Below, piece by piece: positions 22,601 to 29,241 of a DNA stretch of 64,000 nt. The notes beneath the pieces were generated by a model. It was not told the origin of the DNA. It did no database searches and saw nothing but the letters and a program-made list of their open reading frames with translations. The position numbers were made by a program, and so were the translations under genes. The stretch is from NCBI GenBank assembly GCA_000165345.1, contig CM000433.1, positions 768,001 through 832,000 of the forward strand, given 5' to 3'. Position 1 is the stretch's first letter, and every line of letters starts with the position of its first letter.

Positions 22601-24820
22601 GAAGATAGTTTATTAAGTGATGAAAATATTATTCAAACTCATTATAACTTATTAACTTATCTTCAAAATTCTCATAATATTATTAATACATTAATTTCAG
22701 CAACAGCTCAAAATCAAGATAATCATTTCATATTAATTCATCCAAATAAAATGACTGAAGAATTTATTAAGAATCGAAATAAAACTGATAATAATGATAA
22801 AGAAAAACAATTAAATGATGAAAATATTAGTAGTTGTGAATTTTGTATGGTAAATCCAAAAGATATTTCTATCAGAATAATATTAACCACTTTATTCAGA
22901 TGTTCAATTGATGTTTTGGATCGATTATATAATGAAAAAAAAGCTGAGTCAAATTTAAATGATGATGAATATAGTTTTAAAGGATTGGAATCTTTTGATT
23001 TAGATTCTAATAATTACAAATATGAAGAACAATATATTCAAAATGAACAAAAGAATTCAATTCTATATAATGAACAAGAAGAGAATTTCAACACCAAAAA
23101 AATAGTGATAGAGAAATTAAAATGTTTTGATAATAAAGGTGAGTTATTGATCTTTATTGAAGATATATCTGGGATCCCATTTCAAAATTTTTCTTCTGAT
23201 CTTGAGAATATGTATATAATTAAGGATTTAACTATAAAATTGGATGAATTATTTAAAGAAAATGGATTTATTCGAGTTACAAATTCTTATAGTGAAATTA
23301 TTAATAAAGAATACTTATATAAAAATAATTATTGTATTTCAGTAATTAGTAGTATATTTAGTGGGTTAAATATACATGAAAGAATTGAAATGAAGAATTT
23401 AAGTTATTTAATGGAAACAGAAATTGGTTCTGAGAGAGAAATCATTATATATATAAAAACAATACATATCAAGAAATATAACTTTTCAATACCTATATGT
23501 ATTTTTTTAAGTTTGTATAAATGTAAAATAAAGATAATATATTTATCAAGTATTTTCAATGATGGTACATTATATATAAATCAAAGTATTCTAGAGTTTA
23601 TTGAAATGCTTAATATTAAAAAGTTGATTTTTGAATATATATTATCATATACTGGATCTTTAATTTGGAATATTTGGAATCAAAAAAATATTATTTTGAA
23701 TTTAGAAAACCTTCAATATTTGGAAAATAGGGTTTCTGATTTAAGATTATCATCTGATCAGTTAATTGAATTGACATTATGGTTAAATAAATTTTCACAA
23801 AATTATCCAAATATTATTAAAGATTCAAATTTGATGATATTTAAGATATGGTTCTCTAGAAATCTTAAAATAAATAATAATCAGTTAATTTCAATACAAA
23901 ATAGCTTTAACCATTATATTGAATCAGAAAAGTTAAGTTATAGAATAAAAATCTTACCAAATTCAAGTAATAAAGTACTTATATTATTCCAATCATTAGT
24001 TAGAAATGAATTAATTGGATTAATCATAGATTATTTTAAATTTGATGAAATAATAACAAATGAAGAATTACCAATGGATTGTTTTATTATAAAAAGTAAA
24101 CCAGAATTGAAAGAATGTCGCCATGAATCAAAATTTTCTGATCAAGAAAAGGTTAGATGGGAAATAACCAATACACTAAGTTCTATACAAGAATATATAA
24201 AAAGAAATCAATTGGTAAAAAAAATCCAAGTATATGGAATAACTTTTTCACAAAAGTTTATTGATGATTTGGCAAATAATCAATTTTCAATTAATATATC
24301 TTTAAATAATCAATTATTAAAACAATTACCAATTATAAAGATTCAAAATTTATTATTTAAAAATGATATTAAAATGATAATTTTTAAACCAATGTTGAAA
24401 ATTCAAGAAAATATAAATGTAATAATATCATTATTTAGACGATTTTGGATGAAGAATGATGCAATTCGATTCTTTAATTCTTTATATATAATAAAAGATT
24501 CCGAAATTTTTGATGAATCTTTACAAGATAGGATTATTTCTGTGGTAATTAAACATAAAAGAAGAGAGTTAATTTTGATAAGATTTTTCACAACTTTTAA
24601 AGTTGATAAAAGTAATGATATGGAATGGATTTTTAATGAAATAAAGTTTACTTTTAAAGATGAAGATAAAATTAAAAGATATTTCTTAATTAATAATAAA
24701 GATGATAATAATATTGAATTAGGGTATCAGAAAAATAATAAAATAATAAAAGAAGAATTATTTGAATTAATATTAAAATCAATAGAATTTATTTTGGATA
24801 ATAATAATACAAGCAAATAA
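13691..24820 (+). CDS. giant hypothetical protein (3709 aa), low-complexity N/K/I/S-rich, no recognisable domain
   Basis: Uninterrupted 11,130-nt ORF with no signal peptide or TM helices. Its composition is far more AT-rich than its neighbours. Confidence 0.6.
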   Translation: MSLNHTEVCIFSQKANIVYMKLLKVALKPSIFMLDLDKEDDSDDFKDFFLELYFKRLNINKKGDCEVNLTRDVKNSMIPSSKIFYLIYKKSDPHDFFACSHADKIISFNTGVSTLLRNVCKYMHLVFVLDLGSLLWFSELFDDIEQLGVYLDEFLLSLENILNGVSRLSEYLKYLQEDVEVRFSVFLFGLNQEESCFKLIFYEIPLISWISETELFIENLQKEIQQILKTHLEFKEGIPNFPRNLWSIEILALLNSFSSSFVHSLIVITTGVISSRLFSKENSSSLVCKNSYLLHHCYSNDIQVHFLVINKFNIDLEESEIGLNPSLDTLEFVAATCNSTLTVTEFGVNEQDARKIAIDLLLRPDIYNIPSDIVSEVKNEFNNLTEIYGYKVSQKLSLIEILLNKLRNSFNFVGETIIEVPLILYSKFHKLIEIICVIENYKDIQDNHCSGFWYIKFYIKNLGNVISTSDEFSLLKKLLESKEEIKKPKSFNKPNRLTYFLYSFILKIRQLDTWMENLVENYSKTKDPPAFPSGLNSLFLPSIIRHKIDLVLESDQSLLKEGVFDGFKGSWELLQDKLVEMGFKAFILENQQFEYDFPIIEKDKILIYYNLFPKMNTSEIEFKCEDHGILRILRSWAKTDSLLENLNSNGSEKANNFMAIWLDAQRIIIKTPDHEKSNSEEIESQSSLVIFNILYYGFSPEYCQEYTKWFKEKIIKYGIDSDEADLSLLRFSLVTNNFYESVINGERCLEKSWSYVLWSEKVNYSYQEQEPMDLNGRVIINISNSRYLDGWILLNRRNDKYQLSSTWYKVRDFQIRNNFKLKVVFIYDLKFQFGNNTNSSRLICRILMSSSIGKTDIINETYGEYFSFNKFAEKIHFQDNKIIQTISLIDYLYTSSHLRKNIVYLRNNNDEEVNEKSKGENNSEIKSESFHQNLCKSKFGAVNSNYYNIIFSGLTNSKEFNKYKRIIQSKSFYGNDNKISLSIREISNLFLTFNNNEIKLDSDDKDTFKLVLPFNLGNGNYKDAEQELDKEFINKFKPFCFIEIPLINAGNLFTSQLNSNSRKKNSDIEARRKYLEGASESSFEKFLYKMSKITDRSVRVDENEWYTILFIDESDLDGKFEDEESLTINEDLKPIPGDKKEEMNNENSIRKLYTNQIYDYMIITHIRLHRSSYNVPTSSVLGVYLCSYYNISYGITGKKNNIELGINEKNKLNKVRQFVELYILRVKEIWDSIKFNMISQYYLLGIPICSKDIARIQNENEFNEEKTQPPSSIGGLNKSLIEDPISVRGIDLDLDPEFDFIKEDNTHQENFQSLLYGLSSNQEHLSEKGTYSDPDTCSDIAFDANEYNEVRREVCKYLKCNIFRFKLSLSSFKIVLSRKFTKNVELDKGLDELDELANFIGEELESRMKNALRVKLVHFDCQDLNCFLVFCGVLDLCKGSTKNILVTVSLMKNEQNLGISYLELAKFWTRFKNTSFNPTWFHCLVWKSLTERDNLELKVTVFTSIDKKYIRVNRINTELWSIIKLEKEVFVSKLRSVISSWMTDMTMELSFIHGNEISGDINDESYRMSLFACFGRDLLLECLQGVKEKIWNDGDEIFSGESFEKGELVSSGSLIFRRDIQLPLIKPTTKFENYIAVINLLSSQADYIPIKRKPQLVLIWHGSKFPTESLSIRNPSLKCKLRRGLINRLIEHTRVLAEISNPDELISNELVLKLALKIYFPSSIITGMSIASQNKFRCRLCDFYIDLNGLRESINFLFSAMQSRFISIWKEATCDFLLQNVTISKMVSYLMVPKFVSSDYSSLRLEIDKRKPEISILDSNDQEEIFGQISITSEWLYEVPFEISPARFRRMKKNSLNNLLKRKLDPDYYENPGEVILWDGRIVKVPNYIFWLKKHEEVFIEIPSELYDAPLIDILFGGGNLDISSIDKYSKELSSIEKNLFGNSDFGKELNKASELRFSKEIEFISLIYPKGWLLYSEDATTSTNTLGTGSIFLIKPDYLFIDIKNKDLKLQRKRRKDFINQNESYQSYSVELSLSNLNVTKPKSKIGISLSFFGKRKPSKSTKLYFYRELKFTLQRLISNWNNNLNTIVLSKTVRERQVGEIYWNSKNELNSDSNQKVEMPCHLTLILKLSKVYHNFVVASVWNMVKHSNIILKSGDLFAILASILTYYNIKYKEIDRGIRIFTKSIDIDSKSEEFEYQIDISVFSGINGRILDISDPWAAGNKLGQDPYLNLEKYINDCLLPVFEDEIQQSTNPYWDFNTVFEFVFFNKNNQFDNINNCNINETISWNLIRDSNGKLIQIQRNLPIHIIPENNSNETKKQKSPHSFIQTSSRYESDNMELPIYLMPCIYLGADVFYKGKLIYLDERLETNEMTKHKANGVSLFINSLLNLMFMELLIKLKLATNDNWVLKDNLQFSKKESNIQTNDNLDDCSLIVSNSYAEAHGVTIRDIHKYRDNIQNFFQAIINNRNNIERFLPLKPAPKHNTILEIYPIPSLILQDINGEKDETQIYFPSWSVAEFIKTLRDEIMLIQNNKTNLSEKRNIKTVISGYTCIIHDNKEIDIEEKVLKKEDGISLSNNSSIHIKFPIRGSQSFKNADVGECGWHVLKYKSQIKYLNYLCNQTDLNINNWVDSLYVMNNISPNINNSIGNKNDLDFNEIYGSFFNISGGKERPCIIVNIHSGNETEIECLIILELTPSGILIACWNAPVLIISRLQKMIKGFVFESCIKIIWSLQLSIWYKYNVIYRKHIFVLDLSKFHLDFKQDSSINNNESSGFSMINNNYYPRICEITTDIISYIWKNQYFNTNLKWSHTEDLYKKELMIECKINRLKLEDVVIPNIIMGKILDLKFEDLFDRNNNKEFNWFIPSIINKIRILNSDNLMKRWNNYFFKYKLWLFVNQFLIECFAIKSLRQEISTKIFSKNIILQVSKSNMIFKYQQIINFLKKRVETYNIDYSKYYKTYKINCQEKEDSLLSDENIIQTHYNLLTYLQNSHNIINTLISATAQNQDNHFILIHPNKMTEEFIKNRNKTDNNDKEKQLNDENISSCEFCMVNPKDISIRIILTTLFRCSIDVLDRLYNEKKAESNLNDDEYSFKGLESFDLDSNNYKYEEQYIQNEQKNSILYNEQEENFNTKKIVIEKLKCFDNKGELLIFIEDISGIPFQNFSSDLENMYIIKDLTIKLDELFKENGFIRVTNSYSEIINKEYLYKNNYCISVISSIFSGLNIHERIEMKNLSYLMETEIGSEREIIIYIKTIHIKKYNFSIPICIFLSLYKCKIKIIYLSSIFNDGTLYINQSILEFIEMLNIKKLIFEYILSYTGSLIWNIWNQKNIILNLENLQYLENRVSDLRLSSDQLIELTLWLNKFSQNYPNIIKDSNLMIFKIWFSRNLKINNNQLISIQNSFNHYIESEKLSYRIKILPNSSNKVLILFQSLVRNELIGLIIDYFKFDEIITNEELPMDCFIIKSKPELKECRHESKFSDQEKVRWEITNTLSSIQEYIKRNQLVKKIQVYGITFSQKFIDDLANNQFSINISLNNQLLKQLPIIKIQNLLFKNDIKMIIFKPMLKIQENINVIISLFRRFWMKNDAIRFFNSLYIIKDSEIFDESLQDRIISVVIKHKRRELILIRFFTTFKVDKSNDMEWIFNEIKFTFKDEDKIKRYFLINNKDDNNIELGYQKNNKIIKEELFELILKSIEFILDNNNTSK

Positions 24821-24855
24821 AAAATAAAGAAAATTAAGAGATAATAGTAAAATAA

Positions 24856-25181
24856 TTAATAAAAAGGATTAAAATTGAAATATTTATGGATAATTTCTTT
24901 AATACCTTCAAGATCAATTTGTTGTATTTGTTTAAGCTTATCATCAATACTGGTATAATGGTTATTGACTATTAAATCTCTACCAATTTCCTCAAATAAT
25001 GTTCCAGAATTTTCATATAATGAAGTTAATTGATATGAAAGAATTCTCTTAACTCTAATAATATCGTCTTCAGTAATTAATGAATGTAGGTTTTTAAATC
25101 GAGAGCTAATTAATTTGGCATTTTCCATAATAGCTTTGTGACTAAGATCACTATTGCTTTTAAGGTACCATCCAAATAAGC
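24856..25181 (-). CDS. MPP-beta-like peptidase, exon 2 (C-terminus)
   Basis: A 53-nt intron (25182-25234; GTAAGT…ATTATTAG) joins …YKDTG to GLFGWYLKSN…, matching the conserved M16 C-terminal YTDTGLWGLY block. The ORF track lists 24856-25128 as plus strand, but its translation is only present on the minus strand. Confidence 0.7.
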
Positions 25182-25234
25182 CTAATAATGAATTAAAAAA
25201 GAAAACTAAGAATAGGAATGAAGATATAACTTAC

Positions 25235-26333
25235 CTGTATCTTTATAACAAGTATTAAAAGTTTCAAAGAATTCAACATGGTCTTTAATACCAGAAAGAA
25301 TCCTTTCAATAATTTGGTTTTTATATCCAGTTACTCTATTAATATTATTGGTTCCATATTCCCCTAGCATACTTTGGAGAAACATAACTTTAAGAAAATC
25401 TTTGGAATTCCAAGATGTACCATTGTATGCCATAGCAAGAAGAGTCTTTCCATCACTATTGTTTTTTTTGTGTACTAATACAGGATGATTTTTATCAGAG
25501 TTAATTTCGTTCAAATATTGAGAATTGGATAAATTAATATTTTTATATCCCTTTAAACCAAGTAGATTTCTGGAGTTATTTGAATCATTTCCAAAATAAG
25601 TTTCAGCAATATTCTTAAAAGAATTATGGTCAATATTACCAACTCCTAAAATCATCATTTTCTCTGGAATATAATTAGTACGTATATAATTGATCAAATC
25701 TTCTCTTTTGAATCCAAGAATATTTTCTTTTGGACCAAGAATAGTATTTCCAAGTGGATGATTCTTATACATTTCTTTATGTAAATCATCAAAAATAATC
25801 TCTTCTTCAGATTTGCTTACTTCTTCCATTTCTCTTAAGACAACTCCTTTTTCTTGTTCAATAGCAGATTTACAAAATTTGGAGTTTTTAATAATATCAC
25901 TCAAAAGATCCATGCACTTTGGTAGGTCTTGATTAAAGCATCTGATTTGATAAACCGTTTGTTCGCGAGTAGTATATGCATTCAAATGGGCACCTAAGTC
26001 TTCAATTTGGCTTTCAATTTCTTTTCTAGATCTATTGTATGTACCTTTAAATATGAGATGTTCCAAAAAATGAGCAATCCCATTTTTTCCTGGGTCTTCA
26101 TTTCTACTTCCAGAATCTACCCATAATCCAAAAGTTAGAGAATTAGGGATACTGTCAATTCCAAACTTCATGGTTGCAACTCTCATCCCATTTGAGAGTT
26201 TGGAGATCTTTAAATCTGGATCATTTCTTTTAAAACTCAGAGTGCTGTTAAATCTTGCATATCTAGTAGGCAATACTCGTAACAAATTTGAACATCCAAG
26301 TTTTAGTATGGAGTTTTTTAAAATTAAGCTCAT
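25235..26333 (-). CDS. MPP-beta-like M16 zinc metallopeptidase (candidate mitochondrial/mitosomal processing peptidase beta subunit), exon 1
   Basis: HFLEHLIFKGT is the inverted zinc-binding HxxEH motif. The N-terminus is presequence-like (RVLPTRYARFNSTLSF). The ORF reads TGKLY into a GTAAGT donor. The MPP-beta assignment is a family-level call and cannot be separated by eye from other insulinase-like M16 peptidases. Confidence 0.6.
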
Positions 26334-26714
26334 TTTTTTTTCTACCCTTTTTTTATCAAAAGCTTGAGAACTTTTTATTTAAAAATGATACAAAAAAATA
26401 ATAATAATAAATAAATCCTCTATCTGAGAGCTCTTGTGCTTTTACCTGGATTTTTTCTCGATTTTAATAATCAAAGCATTATTAAATCTATATAATCTTG
26501 CAATGCAATGAAAGAGGCTTTAACCTTAAATGCATTTCCTTTTAGTTAAATTCAAAATATTTTAATTAGCAAGGTAACCCTCAGATAATTATGGGTAAGA
26601 CTCCTTTATTGGTAAAGTAATCTCAAATTATTACGCTTTCCACTTCTTTTTCAATCCTTTTTTTTCCATACAAATTTTAGGGAAAAAAAATCAAGCCTTA
26701 AATGACAAATATAG

Positions 26715-26832
26715 TGCGCGCTCTTTGTTTTGCCATTAGGCGGGAAGCGTGGTACCGGCATGTTGCTATTTTTGAGGTGCATGTGAGGGGGGGAGTTGCA
26801 TGCGCGATTGCATGTGAATACTTGCAAGCCGG
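26715..26832. promoter_or_regulatory. bidirectional promoter cluster: GTGCGCGC, TAGGCGGGAAGCG+GGTACCGG, GCATG x4 around a G7 run
   Basis: Lies between the divergent MPP-beta-like (-) and transporter (+) genes. The core is GCATGTGAGGGGGGGAGTTGCATGCGCGATTGCATGTG. Confidence 0.45.
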
Positions 26833-27219
26833 TAAATTAGAATTGCGTCAGAGGGAGAATTAAAATAATTTCAGATATAAAAAATTGATCAATAGGGTTT
26901 AATGAGAGTAAAATTGAAAGAATATTAAATTCAAAGAGACTTTGGATTGATAAATTTGAATATAAATGAATATATTAGTTATTTTACATCAATTAAAACT
27001 TGCACGAATTTAAATAAATAAGTAACAGCAAGAATTTAAAGACTTGATCTTACCTCAGTAAGATTTATTTTGAGAGGTCTAAAGCAAATAATTAGTGATA
27101 GGGAGAAGAAAAAAAAACTAAAATACCAAAAAATTGAATTGACATACAATTATTAAAAGAGTGGATAAAAAAAATATAATTTCATTTTAAAAAAACACAA
27201 AAATTAGATTGGAACAAAA

Positions 27220-28707
27220 ATGATGGATAATCAAATTAAGATAGAACATGGATATGGAGTTAAGAAAGCAATTGAAAGCAAGCATTTGGTTTTCTTAATG
27301 TGGATTGTACTAAGCTTAATATTTACGCTTTATTCCAAATGGTTAATGAATAATTACTTTCCTTATCCTATTACAATGTCCCTAATTCATATGATCATTG
27401 CTTCAGTTCTAAGCCATGTGTTTGGAGGTTTTGTTAATAAAAGATTTGGAGATAAATCCAGATTTTCTTCTATTGGAGAATTGAGTTTCCAAGAAAAAAA
27501 GAGTATTTTGGCTTTTAGTATAATTGTGGCACTGAATATTTGGTTCTCCAATGCCTCTTTACACTTGGTTTCCATTTCTCTTCATCAAATGGCAAGAACT
27601 ACAATTCCACTCTTCACTATGGCATTGGGTATCCTTTTTTTCAAACACAAATATAGATTGTCTCAGATTCCTCCTGTCATTTTGGTTATTGTAGGAGTAG
27701 CCATCACAGTGAATGGTACTCCAGAACTAAGTATTTATGGCTTGTTTATAGTATTCATGGGATGTTGTGTTTCTTCTTTGAAAGGAATTGTTGCTCAGAA
27801 GTTACAGGTTGAGAACCTGAAGATTAATGCAATAATTATGCTTCAATATGTTGGACCTGTTGCATCTTTAACTTTGGGATTTTTTTCAGTAATTCTTGGA
27901 GAAGCACAAAAGATATCAAAAAAAAGCGAAAATATGGATAAAATTTCATTTTTGATGACAAATGTACTGTTAATATTTGCAGGAATATTGGCTTTTGGTT
28001 TAAATATTTTAAGCCTAATGAGTTCTTCCATAGTATCACCTCTAGCTATGAATATTGCAGGTAATGTGAAGCAACTTCTGACATGTTTACTTGGATGTTT
28101 TATTTTTGGAAATACTGTAACTGATAAATTACTTTTGGGTATTTTACTAACTAGTTTGGGTGCCTTATGGTATTCTCTCGATAAGCAAAAGGATTCTGGT
28201 AAGAAAAAAGTCAGGTATGTAAAGGGAAGGTATATTGATAGGGTTGGACTGGGAATTCCAAATGAAATGGGCACCCCACACAATAAAAGGGTTAACAACA
28301 AAAATCCTAGCTTAGAATCTATTGAGATTAAACAAATTGGGGATTGTAATAAAACCCAAATTGTTCAGATATCCAAAGAATCAGAAAGTCATCTAGAAGA
28401 AGATGTTATTCTTGAGCTTACTAACCAAATAGATGGAACTGAAATTAGCCTTGAAGATGATCACCATATCTCTTCTAAAGAAGTAAGTTGTTACCTAAAG
28501 ATGGAAAGTATTATAGAAGAGGAGGAATGCCAAGAAATTCAAGTCAATTTAGAGCCTGAGGGCTTAGAGGAGGTCGATAATGGAGATTATACTTTTAAAA
28601 AAATAGCAGATTTAAACAATAATATGGATATTATAGTTTTGGAGTCTGGCGCCAAAAGTTCACAAAATTTGGATGAGAATAGAGATTATAGTAACATTCA
28701 GAGTTAG
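27220..28707 (+). CDS. triose-phosphate / nucleotide-sugar transporter family (TPT/SLC35, DMT superfamily) with an acidic C-terminal tail
   Basis: About 10 TM helices in the first 300 aa with TPT-like spacing, then a hydrophilic tail of about 180 aa rich in E/D/S. Confidence 0.55.
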   Translation: MMDNQIKIEHGYGVKKAIESKHLVFLMWIVLSLIFTLYSKWLMNNYFPYPITMSLIHMIIASVLSHVFGGFVNKRFGDKSRFSSIGELSFQEKKSILAFSIIVALNIWFSNASLHLVSISLHQMARTTIPLFTMALGILFFKHKYRLSQIPPVILVIVGVAITVNGTPELSIYGLFIVFMGCCVSSLKGIVAQKLQVENLKINAIIMLQYVGPVASLTLGFFSVILGEAQKISKKSENMDKISFLMTNVLLIFAGILAFGLNILSLMSSSIVSPLAMNIAGNVKQLLTCLLGCFIFGNTVTDKLLLGILLTSLGALWYSLDKQKDSGKKKVRYVKGRYIDRVGLGIPNEMGTPHNKRVNNKNPSLESIEIKQIGDCNKTQIVQISKESESHLEEDVILELTNQIDGTEISLEDDHHISSKEVSCYLKMESIIEEEECQEIQVNLEPEGLEEVDNGDYTFKKIADLNNNMDIIVLESGAKSSQNLDENRDYSNIQS

Positions 28708-28924
28708 AAAAAAAATGGAATTAAAGGCAAAGAGACTATATTTTTAAGTGCTAGACCTTAGATTTTCCTAGGTGTCTATTTATTGATAAATTTTTTTTTC
28801 TAATTCAAATTAGAATTATGGTTTGAATCTATTAAAGATGCATGGTTGCATAATTGAGCCAATAGAGGGGTCCTCGCGAAAGCGTAGAAGTATAATGTCT
28901 ATAAAGAATGGAGGTATTGGATTT

Positions 28925-29235
28925 CAAGGAAGGCTGAATAAGCAAGAATTAACGAATAGAGAAATAGATGGTAGACAGGGACCAGATAAAGAAGTCTGAA
29001 AGGTTGAATTGAAAAGATATTAAGAAAAGGAGGAAAGTTAGAAAAAGGGGGGAATAATAGAAAGAGGAAGAGAGAGAAAGAGAGAGAGGGAAGAAGAAAG
29101 TAAGAGTGAGAAAAAAGATAAAAGGAGAGAGATAGTAATTTAAGGTCTGATAGAGGAGGTAGTAAAGTGGAGGAAGGAGGTTTATCAAAGGATGAAACTG
29201 AGACACTTATTGTTTGAAAATAAAGGAAGAAGCTT
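28925..29235. repeat. polypurine (GA-rich) tract
   Basis: About 300 nt that is almost entirely A/G on the plus strand (e.g. GAAAGAGGAAGAGAGAGAAAGAGAGAGAGGGAAGAAGAAAG), immediately upstream of the giant adhesin ATG at 29242. Confidence 0.6.
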
Positions 29236-29241
29236 GAATTA

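Noticed and set aside
24856-25128. ORF listed as plus strand in the track
   Set aside because: Its translation (MENAKLISSRF…) is found only on the minus strand. I treat it as the second exon of the MPP-beta-like gene, not as an independent plus-strand gene.
28647-28659. GGCGCCAAAAG box inside the transporter coding sequence
   Set aside because: It lies within the acidic tail codons of a well-supported ORF. It could be chance or a distal element of the downstream adhesin gene, so it is not called as a promoter feature. It is mentioned under the polypurine-tract finding.
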